From Lama glama (lineage: Eukaryota), in assembly GCA_028534125.1 (NCBI GenBank), contig CM052832.1, positions 6,760,001 to 6,824,000 on the forward strand: DNA of 64,000 nt, in the 5' to 3' direction. Shown one piece after another: positions 25,791-40,068 of the stretch. The notes below the pieces were generated by a model. The model was not told the origin of the DNA and did not search any database. It saw nothing but the letters and a program-made list of their open reading frames with translations. Position 1 is the first letter of the stretch, and each line of letters begins with the position of its first letter. Position numbers and translations under genes: made by a program.

Positions 25791-28700
25791 GGTGAAGTCT
25801 CCAAATGTTGTATTTAGGAAGCTTGTTCTAGCAACGAAGATTAGCTCCTGTGGTGCGGAAACCAGCTAGGAGTCCTCTGAGTGGGAGTCGGTGAGCCTGG
25901 AGAGGGTCCTTACAAGCAGGGTGTGTTGAGGGCACACGCAGAGAAATGTTTCAAAACAACATTCAGCAGTGGTGGCTGATCAACTACAGTGGAGGAAAGA
26001 GAAGATTCAAGGGTGCCCAGCTCCAAGGAGTCGTACCGAGAAGGCTGGAAGGATGAGGGCGGCTCTAAGAGGAATGTGACAGCTGGGAAGGAGACCTAGA
26101 CTGACCGGGAGAAAAGTAATTCCACGTTAGATACGTGAGTTTGGAAAATAGCAGCAGATTTACATAGAGACGTCAGTAAACTGAAATGCGGGTGAGATCA
26201 GGCCCGGGTACGTAGCTCCTCGCAGAGACAGGAATGGGGAGCACATGTTGTCCCAGAGAAAGGATCTTCCAAGAAGAAGAGCCGTGAGGCTGAGGGAGAA
26301 AGCAGGCCTTTGCCTCGCTCCTGCTAGACCTTGCTGTGTTTTGGAAGCCTCCAGCGCAGGGTTCCATCCCTTCCTTGGCAGAACTCAGACAAGAAATCGT
26401 CCAAGGAGGCAGCCACGTTTTAGGAAGGTTTCCCTTTAGGAATCTGAACAGCCCCACCTCTGCTTCAACACACAGCTCAAGCTGTGTGTCCTCCCCCGCC
26501 TTTACTCATCTGCATTATGCTGATTTTTATCAACCGTGTGTAATTACACCGATTCGTTTAGAGAGAATTCAAGAAGGGAGCAAATCGTGGCTCATAAGTC
26601 AACGGAGGTGTGATGGAGAACTTCCAGAGACACTCGGACCCCCAGTCACGCACCCACTCCTCTGCGATTGTACCAGGACCAAGTCACCACGGCCCCCAGC
26701 CCCCTGGGCAGCACAGGAACCTGACTCCTCCCCCCTGAGAACAGGGAGCAGCCCACGGGCACCTCCGCTTCCCCCTCGGGACATTGTCACCTGTCTCCAT
26801 TCACCTGGGAAAGAGGAGACAGGACTCTGGCGTCTATTTTGAACAAACCCCTGTCAGTTGCAAAGGCCTGAATGAGAACTGAACTTGTGACCATATGCTA
26901 GAGGATTCTGCATTTGCTTGGCTGGAACTTTGTTCCATGGAGGGAGGTGGAAAAGCCTGATGGGTGCATTTTCAGAGAGCTTTTGGTCCCGGCCTCGTTT
27001 CTGCCCACGGGGAAAGGACAGTTTAGTATAGACGAGAGGAGTGAGAATGTGACGGCCGAGCCTGGGCCTGCCCTTGAACAGACCTGCTGGTCTGCCTGGC
27101 TGGGCTCCCTGCACCGTGGAAGGACCTGCCCCGCCCTGTGCAGCTAAGATGGTCCTTGTCGCCTGCTAAGCCCTGTTGGTCCCCTTGCAGGGTGACAGCA
27201 CTGACGTCAGCCTTCACGGTAGAGGAATTAGCTGAAGCCCAAAGGGAAAGAGCGGCCCAAAACAGAAAAATTCAATCCAGCTAGACCAAGCTGTTTGTTT
27301 TTATCCTGTGGGCTCTCAGCAGCTGTGTGGCTTTGCTGGATTTTGATAGTAAGAAAAAGTTTCCAAAAATAGAACAGTGAAATGTCAGCGTTAATGGGAT
27401 CACAGCAATAAAATAGCTCTATGACCAAGTGATCGACGTGGAAGTTGCCCAGCCCAGGATGGCCCCCTGTGCCTGAGACCACCCGCCCCCCATCCCGAGG
27501 GCGTCCCCGGCACACCTAGTCTGGGAGGAGAACGTCTACTTTTGAAGCTATAAACACATTGCAACTGGAGGTGTCTTTGAGGAAATGTTCTCTATCCAAG
27601 CCACGGCAAAGAAAGGGTTTCATCGAAAGGCTAGCTTCATTATGTATATTTTATTCTTATTTTTTAAAAAAAGCTAGCTTCTTTCCAACAGATGCAGAAA
27701 AGGGCAGCGTCTGGTCAGTCTGCTGGTCAGGGTCCCTGCTGTCACCGTTGCCACTCCTGAGCCCCACGGTCTCCACTCTCACTCTGCTGTGGCAGATTCT
27801 TACCTGACATCCCTACATCAAAGGATGAGAGGCCGCCACCCACTTCATCCCTGCATCTCAACCAACAGGGCAACGGACAGGGCCACGGGGGCCCCTCGTG
27901 TGCCTGCAGAAGGCGCTTCTTCTCCAAATGTGAAAACTTCAAAGAAATTCTATACAGAAAAACAAGAATCACACCATCTGATTACTCAGAAATTGTTTCT
28001 TTCTCTGTCTTTGTCAAAACTGTCTCTCAATCAGAATGGCGAAGCTTTCCTCAAAGAGAAAATTAGTGAACTCAATCACTGTCTTTGGGATTTGCTGTTC
28101 TCCCAGAAACAAAGATGAGAAGATCAGTTAGCCCTGGGGCTGGGAGGGGCTGCAGAGCTGATCTGGGATGCCTCACCGCTTCTCCCAGCTGCATCCTCAG
28201 TGTCCCTCCCTCCGCTACCTGCACTAGCATCCTTTTCCAGTGAACAATTAGGATGCAGGATGGAGGAAGGCAGGGGCAGGTTATTTACATGCTAGCATCC
28301 CCACAGGACCGCAGCCTCCTGCCTGTCACATCAAGCCGTGTAACAGTGGCCACCAGGACGCTGAAACACAGAGAAGCACCTGGGCGTGCTGGGTACCAAA
28401 ATAGGCGTCGCAGCCTCTGAATTTGCAGGGATGCATCCCCATGCTGGTAAACTCTGTTTTCAGCAAGCACCCCCAGTAAACTGTCAGGTGCTTGGAAGCC
28501 ACTGCTCAAAGGTGCCACCAGCCAGGTCTGCCCACCTGTCGCCCGGAACTCTCAGATGAAGAGCAGCTTCACGCCGCTTGCTCTCCTGAGCAACGTCAAG
28601 TGGTTCTTCTCTCTTGGGATTTGGATAAAAAACACAGACTGCTTTAAGGAGAACAAAACAGACCCAATTCAGCAAGCTGTGGGCAGTGTCTACACACACA

Positions 28701-29200
28701 GCACAACTACAAGTGCGTGTTGCACAGTAACTGCGGCATGGGTTACGGCGGCATTAGATCTGTGCAGACCGTCGATGTCCGCTTTCCAGTGAGGAGGCAG
28801 AGCCTCGCATGAGGGACTCAAACAGGGTTCTCCTTCCTGCTTCTGCTCCGTGTCCCTGTGTCTGTCCCTCTCCGCTCCTGAATGCAAACCGGTCTCTGAG
28901 GGCTCACTGTGCCAGAGATTTCAACCTTGTCGACACATCTCTCTACCTACGACTTCACACAATCTAGACTTTAAATTATTGAGTCTTCATGGCCACATTT
29001 CTCTGGCTCTGGCTAGTTCTCTCCCTCTCTGCTGCCGCCAAGATCAGGGACGTGCTGGAGGTGTCACACTCCGCTCCTGGGGACGGTCCGCTGTCCTCAT
29101 CCAGGAAAGCCTTTGCCTTACACACCAGGACGTTGAGCAGGGTCCAGCAGAGGCCTGTCTGACGCGTGACAGAGAGAGGACACACTGAGCAGGACGTGGC

Positions 29201-29630
29201 TGCACTCGTCCACTAGGGCTGCCATAACCGAGCACCACAAACTGGGCGGCTTAAACGACGAAAACGTATGGCCTCATGTTCTGGATGGTGGACGTCGGAG
29301 ATCAAGGCGTCAGCAGGGCCGCGCTCCCTCTGGAGACGCCCGGGGAGGATCTGTGCCAGGCTTCTCCTGTAGCTTCCGTAGTTGTTTGGCTTGGTCAGCA
29401 GAACTCCAGTCCTCACGTGGGTTCTCCGTGTGTGACTGCACTGCTGCGTCCTGATTTCCCCTTTTTATAAGGACACTGGTCATTTTGAAGTAGGGCCCAC
29501 CCTCATGGCCTCATTTGAACTTACTCATCTGTGGAGACCCTACTTCCAAATAAAGTCACAGTCGTAGGCGCTCGGGATTAGGACTTCAGTATCTTGGAGG
29601 GGAATGCGGGGGACACAGTTCAACCCGTAT
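29201..29630 (-). mobile_element. MaLR (MLT1A-C-like) solo LTR
   Basis: tagggctgccataac...accacaaactgggcggcttaaac...gagatcaaggcgtcagcaggg...ttttataaggacact...tagggcccaccct...ttccaaataaagtcaca...gggacacagttcaaccc. Confidence 0.85.
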
Positions 29631-31000
29631 TGATGGCTGACTCCAAACACATCCCTCCCAGCATCACATAGAAGAGGTCTGGTGCTTTATTGCATTATCA
29701 GTGTTCCTCGTTCCCTAACGTCAGCACAGGATCTAAAACTGTGCCTTGCAAGCATTTGATATTTGCACCACTGATGCTTACCAAGGTGTGCACAACGGCA
29801 GGTAAATGCCACCATAGCACTGGAACTGACAGCCCTGGCTCTGGCCATCCAGAAGGGACACTTTCCCCCGCAGGCTGCGGATCACAGGCAAAATTCCCGG
29901 ACTGAGGGGTGTCTGGCTTTTATCCTGGAGGGAGGTCAGGATTTAGGGAACCAGGTGAGACTCTGCCACATAAAAGTAGCTAATGTGCTGGGTATAGAAA
30001 TATGGCTGTCACAATTGGTGAGAGATTTTTTTGTCCTAGTCTGAAAAATGAGGACTTGATCTGGCAAGACTCCGAGAGTCCGTGACCAGGAGGGTGTCTG
30101 GGAGACACGCGTTCAGGTGTTTCCCATTCACGAAGGATGAGAAGTGAAGGACAGGTGTCGGGGGAAGATTAGGGTAAGCACGTCAGCAGCTCAGTCGGGA
30201 AGTGACCAGCATGCAGCGCGAGAAGGCCCCCTGCACCTGCCCACCTCCTGAGCATCTTCTGCTTGTCTTTTAGACCCAAGCCAGCTTGTCTCCTCCCCCT
30301 GGGAAGCCTTTTAGAGCCACTTGCTCCTTACAATTTGGTACCATCGTCCTTGACATAATTGCCACTCCAGTGCTTACTGTCTTGTTTTGTGACCCTTCCT
30401 GTTTCCACATGCCATCATCACAAGGCTGTGCTCTTGCAAAAGACACACCTAGTTTTTTTTATTTTGCCTGGTATCCTTTATGCCCTGCAATGGGCCAGAC
30501 CAGGGAGATGCTCCTAATATGAAACAGAGACAGACAGGGGGCCAGCTGGCTAGTAGTGACCTGACTCCAAGACGAACCTGTCAGGAATGACAGAGCCTTG
30601 GAACTGGCAAGGATCTCGACAGTCGTCTAACCCAGCTACCCAGTACCCAGTACAAATCCCAGACAGCGGCAATCCACCTTCTTCCATCCTGGGCCAGCTC
30701 TTGTGATAAGAAAGGGACCGCTGGAGGATAACTTAGAGACGGCCTTGTCCAAAAGATGCGGAAGTGAAGCGATGGGCTCAAGGTGACTCAGAAGTTAGCG
30801 GCGATGCTGGGAAACGGAAGAGAAACTTGGTAAGTAACTGCCACACCCACGTAGGCATCGCCACCATCCTGTGGTCTGTAGTCAGCACCCTTCTGAAGTT
30901 TGCAGTCGAGCGTGCTGAGGCTGAGAGAGGTTAGGTGGCCGGCTCAGGCTTGCGCAGTGGGGAGGTGGTAGAGCTGAGATGCAGTGACAGCTCACGCTAG

Positions 31001-31285
<285 letters not shown>

Positions 31286-33405
31286 GCTCGCCGCTCCGCC
31301 TCCAAGAGAATATCTGTCTCCTCTTGATCATGCTTTTTCCCTCACCCCCTGTTGTTTGTCAAAAAAAAAAAAGAAAATTGCCTTTAAATCCCTGGGTGTT
31401 TGGTTGTTTGAGATTCTTTCCTTGTAATCAAGCCTCTCGGACAAAAGGGCTAGGAAAAGGTGACACGTTTCCTGATCATACCATACCCATCCAGAATAAT
31501 CCATTATTTAGAAGGTTCTAGAAAAAAAAAGTAGTATTTTCTTATTAAACGATCAGCACAGCCTAGACCTTCATACTCTCTTGTTGATCCAAGCCAGAGA
31601 CATCAGTGACAAATAGCATCTGTGTTGTTTGTGAGCCGTTCCAGTCCCGCTCCTGACGTGTGTGCATTGGTTTTTTTTGTTTGTTTGCTTTTTTTTTTTT
31701 TCCTGGCCACTTTAAGTAGGACCATAAGTAAACTTGACTTTGACTGCATGAGATACCCCTGTCTGGTCTCACTCAGTCCTCTGCATCCCGGCATTCCCAG
31801 GACATGCATGATCACCAGCATTTATTTCCATGATTTGAGGATGTGCTAAAGTCACAGATTGTCTGCATCCAGCCATGTCCTTTCTAGATTAGGAAATTAA
31901 TCAGCATCGTCCAGCTTCCCAAGTCTGGGTCTAGCCACTCTTTTGAGTCCAATACTTCATAGCTCTGTTGAAATTCCTGGAGGCAAAAACTGAGCTGGGC
32001 CCCAAAAGATACCCCTCAGTAGGTTTCGAACATGACTTCCCTGTAGAACTTTCCCAGCCTCCTTGGGGAAGGCTCGCCCAGGGCGATGGAGACCGATTTC
32101 AGACGAATCTATTTATTACAAAAGTTTCACAGTGTCTGAATGATTGTTGTTGGTCCCCCCCCCTTTGTATATTTGTACAAATGTTTCAGCTGTGCTTTTA
32201 AAAATCTGGATGTTTTTATTTAGTGACTGTTCCAGCCATTCGCTGCTTAACGACGTCTGTGTATCGCTTATGAACGCATTCGTACACTAGTCCAGGTCAT
32301 CTGATAATACTGCACTGTACTAGGGGTAATGCTGAATTTTGAAAGGGCACAAAACTTCTCATGCCAATATGGAAATGATTAGCCAGCACCTTTGCTGGCA
32401 AGGCCACTTGTTTTTAAATAAAGTGAAGACGCAAGTGTCAGTTGCAGCCAATGTGAATGGAGCTAAGTCAGTGTAGCAGCCACAGAGCACATTAAAAGGG
32501 GGAGCTGGAGAGAGGGACATGTACAGTCCTCCTCATGCGAAGCCCCTGTTGCTCAAAAACGTGTTTGTTTTCGTTACGTGTGATTTTTCTATTTCTCTAG
32601 CCCAAAGTGCATTACGGAAGCTACACCTGTAGAACCATCACCTTCTGCTCTGTGTGCCAGGTCTCATCCACCCCCGTCCATTAATGAGTTACTTTAGCTG
32701 CAAATGTCCGTTGTGACGGAGTGGGGGAAATACTTTCATCACCCTCAGAGAAACACACAAGAACAATAACACACACAGCCACCCGATGGAAGGATTGTTG
32801 TGGCTTGTTTTTTTTTTTTTGACTAAGGTATATGTTAGTTTCATCAGAAACAAACATGAGACTGATCACTCAGAAATTTAAAGTCCGTTCTACTGTGAAT
32901 ATAGCAATATAGTACTGGACACAGTACAGGTGAAACTGAGGACAGCCTTGCTTGTCAAATCCTGAGTTTCCATAAAAAAAAAATGAAGGCTCCTTTTAAA
33001 AATGTAACCTGAGGAGTGTCTAATAAGCAAATGCTTTGACTTTCCTTTGCTGTGGAGGTTTTTGCATTTTCATGGGCAAATAGTATCTGACTCGATTGTG
33101 GAGAAATGCTGCCCTCTAGTGGAGGAAATCTTGGCCTCTGCTGCTCAGAGGACCTGAGAGCTACAGCGGACAGCCGTTTTGTGCTGTCTCTTCTCAGTGC
33201 TTGGTGGGTCCTTTGCTATGTTAATAGACACAGAATTTTCAGAAGGCAGGTTCTAGCGACATCTGGATGAGAGAAACTATTTAGGAATGGCTTTTCAATG
33301 TTTTAAAAGAAATCCATCAGACCTTTCCAACCAAATTCAGCAAAAGTTGAAATGACTATTCTGTGTCATCAAAAATAAAAATAAAAATTCATGGCGTATA
33401 TGACG
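31286..33405 (+). other. RCAN2: RCAN2 3' UTR (end inferred)
   Basis: Repeat-free, U/A-rich sequence after the stop; tandem AATAAA at 33374-33379 and 33380-33385; another AATAAA at 32417-32422. Confidence 0.75.
33374..33385 (+). terminator. RCAN2: Tandem polyadenylation signals, likely RCAN2 distal poly(A) site
   Basis: AATAAAAATAAA followed by GT/T-rich sequence (gtaagtggttagt...tttgttg). Confidence 0.7.
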
Positions 33406-34079
33406 TAAGTGGTTAGTCCTGGTAACATTTGTTGCAAAATGTCCATGTTCACCTGCCTCAGAGAAAGTCATTCTTCCACGAGGTTGGGTTTGGGGCCGTG
33501 GGGAGAGGAATGTGTCCCAGGAAAGGGGGGCAGAAACAGAAGGGATGCCTTGAAGTGTTTCCATGGAAGCTCTGAGCGCTGTGAAAGTCGGGATGGCCTC
33601 CGCATCTCCATGAAACACATGACGCAAACCTCTTTGGCACTATTTTAACTTTGAAAAGTTTAAATGTGGAGGGGGAGGGGGAGAGTTCCACCAACTGACT
33701 CATTTGTGCACGTGTATAGCTCAAAGAGCTTAGATTTCAAATATACCTGGTGAATGACTCTTTGTCCACGTCGTGTCATTTCTGTGTCTTCTGCCTGAGT
33801 TGAATTTCTGAGTGGTGGTCGTGGTGGAGTGCAGTTCCGCCTCTAGTCTTTCTGAAAACTTACCGACAGATGAGATGAACTCATCTGAGCCCTTTCTGAG
33901 ACGAGCAGGAAGGGAAGCTGGTTGGCAGCATCTCATGAAGGAAGAGGAAACAGAGCGAGGCCGGGAGGGGTGGGGTGGGCTCTGATGAGTGGATCTTCTG
34001 CCATCTTGGTCCTAAAAGCCATTTCAGGTGTACACAGACACTCTTTTAACATACCCCCCAGCTCTATACTTTGGTTTAA

Positions 34080-35080
34080 AACACTGTCATAGACCTGAAG
34101 TAAGCAAAAATTTACTACATGGGACACAAAAGCACTATCGTAAAATAAAAGATGGGTACAGTGTCTTTCGTTCAAATTAAGAACAGCTATTCTTCAAATT
34201 ACACCATTAAGAGAGTAAACCGGGAAGTCTCAGAGTGGGAGAAGGTATTTATGTTACATACAGTGGTTAAATAACTCACATCCAAAATGTAAAGATGATC
34301 CTACAAATCAATAAGAAAAAAGACAAAATTCATTTTTTAAGAATGGTCAAAACATTAAACAGGCAATTCGCACATGTGCGCCTATACCCGAAATACCCCT
34401 GTGGCCCCATAGACGTTAAAATGTGCTCAGCGTCATTTGTCATCAGAGAAAGGCAAATCGAGACCTCAGAGAGGTACAGCAAACACCCATCAGAATGGCC
34501 AAAACACAGTATGGGGAAATAATGAAGTGTTAGTGGTATCAACCAAGGCAGAGTATAAACTGGTACCACCGCCTTGGAATCTCTGGCAAAGCTAAGTATA
34601 GGCGTACCTGGGAGTCATTCCACTCCAGGACATACATCCAGTAGATGCGAGTTCTCACATCCACCAGAGTTGTTGTACAATCGTGTCCTCAGCAGCACTG
34701 CTTATGGTAGCCACTAATGGGCTACAACCCCAGTGCCCTTCAGCTGCTGAGTGGATAAACTGTGGTGTGTTACAAAGGGGTTAAAAAAAAAAAACAAGTT
34801 CCTGAGACATACAACAATGTGGTTGGGTCTCAAAATCACACCTTCAAGCAAAAAAAGACATGTGAGCGAATCCACAATGTACAACTCCATGTATGATGTT
34901 AAGAAAAGGGCAAAACTGACCTAAATTGATAGAAACTATACTAATGTCTACCTTTTGGAGGACACTGACTGAGAGGGGACATACAGGAGCCTGCTGGGTG
35001 CTGCAGACATTGGGCATCTTCACCTAGACCTCCGTGCATGTGTGCGTATGCAAAATTCATTTCAAACGTGTGCAGTATGT
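34080..35080 (+). mobile_element. Old L1 (L1MC/ME-like) ORF2 end and 3' UTR
   Basis: ctacaaatcaataagaaaaaagac...aaaatgtgctcagcgtcatttgtcatcagagaaaggcaaat...ccactccagga...gagtggataaactgtggtg. Confidence 0.75.
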
Positions 35081-35330
35081 ATGTGAATTACAGAAGGCTT
35101 GCATGTAGGAAGTGGGGAACAGAGCCGGTGATAAAGAATGATGAGCCAAGGATTCGGGAAAACGTTCACTGAGCTGCTGGTACAGTGTCCCCGCCAGGAG
35201 CCACCATGCAGAGCATCGCTGAACACTTGGCAGGCTTCCCCCTTAAATATGCAATCTGAGAAAGGGAAAATTTCAAGCAGTTTTCTGTCAAACTCATTCA
35301 TCTACTCCTTTCGAAGATAGTCTAGGGAGT

Positions 35331-35445
35331 GGGGGTGGGTATAGCTCAGTGGTAGAGCATGTGCTTAGCATGCACGAGGTCCTGGGTTCAATCCCCAGTA
35401 CCTCCATTAAAAATAAATAAACCTAATTACTTACCCACCACCCCA
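35331..35445 (+). mobile_element. tRNA-Ala-derived SINE (vic-1 type), longer 3' form
   Basis: Core identical to the 24620 copy from TAGCTCAG to CCATTAAAAA, then aaataaataaacctaattacttacccaccacccc. Confidence 0.9.
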
Positions 35446-36522
35446 AAGACAGTGTGAGGAAATGGATTCAGGAGCTTTTTATGTCCCTGAAAGGAAGCCA
35501 CATACAAGGTTAAATTTATGTGTGTGTCTGTACCCAAGTGCATTTGTTCTAAGCTGGAAACAGGAAACCCAGAATAGGCCGAAATGATTGAAACACTTCA
35601 CGCTGAAAAGTTTCCTTCCTTGGCCTTTTTGCATTTCTTTCCATTCTCACCCAATAATTGAGTTTGAAAACTGATGGCGGGGCAGACGGCGGGCATCCCT
35701 GAGTAGTTGCAATCCTTAGTGAAATCATTATTATTCCCCAAGCAGGCTTGGGATTTGCCTGTAGGTCGGTAGTCATTCGGTCTGCAGCCTGCCTTAGTGC
35801 AGAGGCTCACCCACCGCCCCTCACCCCAGTGGTACCCAGCACCCCTGATGCCTAAGGCTTTCTAGTTCCGTCTCTCCATGGAGGAAGCCTAGATGATCAA
35901 AAGTTAAATAAATAGCCCAAAGTGTTGCATTCTGAGCTCAGGCCGTCTGAGTCCAGAGCCTACAGTTAACAGGGCACTGCACCCCACCCCAGTGGGAGGC
36001 GTGGTTACAGTGACACAGTGGCAGACATACATCACCGTGGGGCCTTGGGGCTTATACAGTGCTGGCGCACGTGCTATGGTCTTTTTTTTTTTTAACCACA
36101 TTTCATGCTCGTGGGACACTAGCTGATGGCAAAGGTGAAACACTGTAATACACAGCGTGAAATCCCTCCGGACGGGCGGGAGCTCTTCCGCATTACTGTT
36201 CACTCCCATCCTAGGACTTAGGTTCTGGCCCCTCCCTGGGTCTGTCACTGGCTCAGTGGTTTCCAGCAAAGTGCACAGTCTGGGTCGGGGTCCTATGTAG
36301 TTTCTGGCCCCTGAAGGGCAGGCAGACCTTCCCAGGAGTGCTGTGCTCAGGTGGTGAGAGCTCCGACCCTTCTTAGGACTCCCTGTCATTCTTCTTGCTG
36401 GAGTTGGACAGTGGAAGTTGGCCTTGGGTCCCTGGACTCTTAGGTCCCTGAGTAGAAAGAGACGTAAGCAAATTCTACCCCAACTGAGCTTACGTTTGAT
36501 AGGTATTTAGTGTTTGGAAAGT

Positions 36523-36922
36523 GTTATGGACTAAATTGTGCCCCCACCCCCCACTAATTCATATACTGAAGCCCTAACACCCAATATGATTGTGTTTGGA
36601 GGCAGGGGCTTGACAGAGGTAATTCATATTCAAAAAGGTCATATGAAGGGGGCCCTAATCTGACAGGACTAGTGCTTTATAAGAAGAGGAAGAAACACCA
36701 GAGATCTTTTGTCTCTCCCCCCATGCAGAGGAAAGACCAGGTGAGGACACAGCAAGAGGTGGCCGTTCATAAGCCAGGAAGAGAGCCCTCACCAGAACCC
36801 AACCCTGATGGCATCTTGACCTTGGACTTCCCATCCTCCAGAACTATGACAAAATGAATTTCTGCTGTTTAAGCCTCTGAACCTGTGGAATTCTGTTATG
36901 GCAGCCCAGGCATAAAGTACCA
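36523..36922 (+). mobile_element. MaLR (MLT1A/B-like) solo LTR
   Basis: tgttatggactaaattgtg...aattcatatactgaagccctaac...aagccaggaagagagccctcaccagaa...ttggacttcc...tgttatggcagccc. Confidence 0.85.
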
Positions 36923-37459
36923 GGGGTCACTGTGAGAAGAGAGGAGAAAGGAAAGTGAGAAAATTGCTCACAGGACAGGAAAACTGAATGATTTTGATCA
37001 TCAGTTTGAACTCTTGTTACTGATTTAACAAGCTGAGACCACTTCTATTTTTTAAGGACTCCAGCAAAGGGAAGCCTACGTCCCCTGAGACTCCCCTTGA
37101 TGATGACTTGTCTCTTCTCGACCCTGTCTAAAGCCTTTCGCCTCCTGAGGCCCGGAGCGTCCTCCCCGAGCAAGTCTCAGCCTGGCGCCTCCACCAGCGG
37201 CTGTTGCTCAGAGTCTGCCCTAAATAGGGCTGCATCCCTCCCAGGGTGTTTTCATTTCTCCTGTGAACCAAATGCTTCAATTCTCAGTTCTGGTTTTAAT
37301 TGGACAACTGGGTAATGTATCTCCATATTTGAACCATCTCTCTGCTGTATTTCTGAATCCCCAGGAGAGTCTGCCCTTCCTTGGCTCTTGGAATTAGGGA
37401 CGCATACAGCCCCACTAACTGCTCCCGGGGCCTGGTCCTTGCTCCCACAGCTAACCCTG

Positions 37460-38015
37460 GGTGTCTGTATCTGTTATCTAGTGCCACTTGACACAGTACC
37501 ACGACGTTAGTGGTTTAAGCTACATACATCTATGATCTTCACTTCCTTGGGTCAGGAATCCAGCTTAGCCAGGTTTCTTTCAGGGTCTCTCACGAGGCTG
37601 CATGAAGTTGTCTTATCTGAAAGCTTGACTGGGGAAGGATCCACATTCAAGTTCACCCAGGTCATCGTGAGAATGCTATTCCTTAAGGGCTGCTGGACTG
37701 AGGGCCTCCGTGCCTCTCTGGTTGTGGACCAGAGGCCCCCCTCAGTTCCTGGCTACATGGCCTCTACAACATGTCTGCTTACTTTGGTCAACCATGAAAG
37801 CCAAAAGGGCACATAGAGGAAGTCGGCTTGCAAGACAGAGGTGACAATCTTGTAACCTGATCATTGAAATGTCATCCCATCATCTCTGCCATTGTCCTGT
37901 GGATCAGAAGTAAGCCACCAGGTCCAGATCCCTCGAGGGGGGGTGTGGGCTGATTACCAGAGGACGTGAATATCAGAGGTGGGCACCCTCAGGAGCCGTC
38001 TTAGAAGCTACCTAC
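37460..38015 (-). mobile_element. MaLR (MLT1E/F-like) solo LTR
   Basis: ttagtggtttaag...gggtcaggaatccagcttagc...cagggtctctcacgaggctgca...ttgactggggaaggatccac...ccgtcttagaagctaccta. Confidence 0.75.
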
Positions 38016-38699
38016 TCCAGTGCTGCTGAGCAGAAAAGAAGCCATTCTGAGCCAGTAGTCACCTCTCTGTTTCTTCTGCATCCCTGGAAGAACTGTCTAC
38101 CTTCTAGTTTCTTAAGAAAAGAAAACTTAGAAGGTGATACTGATTTGATTGTGATCATCAGCTTTTTAGAAGTCAGGTCGATTCTGTCTATGAAATTTCT
38201 GCCGCATTCCTGACACCTGTCACCCACACAGACACTCGAATGACTGACAGGTACCTCCTGTTAAATGCCTCCAAGATGGAACTTACATAATGTCTGCCCA
38301 ATGCCACTCTTTCTCTCTCATGAAATGGACCATCTTATCTGATTTCTCAGGCCAGAAAATAAGAAGTTACCCCTGACTCCTTCCCCTCTCTTACTCTGCC
38401 TTCAGTGAATAAAATATTAATAAGTATTTCAATAAATGATGGTAAGTTTAGTAGAAGTGGACCTACATATAGGGCTGGAGGGGTAGTCAGTTGATGATAA
38501 TGGAGGCGGAGTCACAAGGAAATTCCCATGTGAATTGGGTAAATTAATTTACCTTGCTAAGATCTAGCTTTCTTTACTAAAAAAGACGGGATAATCCTAG
38601 GAGACATAGGACAAAGAGTTGTTGTGAGGATCAAATGAAATGATATTGATAAATTCTTGGTATATGATTTTACATCTTAGGAGCCCTCAATATGTTAGC

Positions 38700-39152
38700 C
38701 ACCACATCAACTGTTGGAGAGCCACATTGTGGCGTTGTTTTTTGCTAACTCAACCGTCTCTTCTCTCTTCCACTTAAGAGGCTGAAAAACTAAATACACA
38801 TTTCCCCAACCTCTCTTGTAGGTGGGGATGCCCGGGGACATTGTTCTTAGAAAGCTTCGAGTCTTCTGATAAGAACCTCTTCCTTCCTTGAATAAGGATT
38901 CAGCGTCCGCACCTTGAGCGTCTGTTGGCGTCCATGAGGTAACAGGTGTGTGGTTGAAGCCTAACACACTCAGGATGGTGGAGTGGGACGCATCTGTGTC
39001 CCTGATGACACTGCCAAGCAGCAGAACCAGTGCCAGCACCCAGTCACCTTCTGGTTTCTTGTCGTCTGAGAGAAAGAAACCTCTGCCTGTTTAAGCTACT
39101 GTGGGTCAGGTATTCTGTTATTTGCAGTTGAAAGCACTCCTGACAGATACAC
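38700..39152 (+). mobile_element. MaLR (MLT1J/K-like) LTR remnant
   Basis: 3' end tgtttaagctactgtgggtcaggtattctgttatttgcagttgaaagcactcctgacagataca. Confidence 0.65.
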
Positions 39153-39889
39153 ATTTCGATAGCCTGGAACTCAAATATCTGGAATTTTAGGACACAAATC
39201 TTGGCCAAGGTCACAACTTTAGAAATTCTGTCTTTTTCCACATTGAATAACTTCTTATGGGTGGTGTTCATGCAGGGAAAGTGTGTGGACTTTATCATGT
39301 GTCCGGTTTGTTTTTCTTATTAATTTAGTGCATTTACTTAAAAATGATGCTCCTGACCGTGAAAAGTGGCCCACCTATTGAAGGCTCTAATATAATGTCC
39401 AAGAAGCAGTACAGGAAAGGAAAAAACGGAGGGGAGCAGAAAAAAGGGCAGAGCCTCTGAAAGAGATAAGAAACAAAAACGGAGGTAGGAATATTGATGC
39501 AACTGTATGTAATATCAGCGTTTAATTTCCAAAGCTTGTTCTTTTTTATAGTATTGACCTTAGACTTTGCCAATAGGAGTAAATTTACTGTGAAACTTCT
39601 CCCCTTGTTCTGTCTCTTCCTGAGAATTCCCAAGAGTGATGTTTTAGGATTGTAAGAGACACATACATAGACATCAGACGGGCAATGTTCAGAGTAGGTA
39701 TGTCCCTCACCAGTGTAAGTGAAGGGCCCAGGAGGGACTTCCTTGACACAAAATATTTGATCTACACTCCTGCCCAGAGCGCAGAGACCTGGCTGAATGT
39801 GCTATCATGAGATTTACTAAAGTACAGAAAATACGGCCAAGAACCTGACTCTGGGGTTGCCGTGGCTACAAGCTCCCTGTGACTAAGGA

Positions 39890-40068
39890 GCCCCCGAAAC
39901 GTGGCCAGTGCCCTATGTGGAAACGAAAATATTTTGTATATGTTAGGACAAAAGGAATTATATTCTGAAACTAATTTAACCTGTTTCTTTTCATTTATTT
40001 TAATGTGGTCACTAGAAATTTTTTTTTAATTATACAAGTGGGTCTCGCTGTATTTGGATTGGCTCTAG
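39890..40068. mobile_element. MER3/MER33-like hAT fragment
   Basis: taatttaacctgtttcttttcatttattttaatgtggtcactagaaatt...aattatacaagtggg. Confidence 0.65.
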
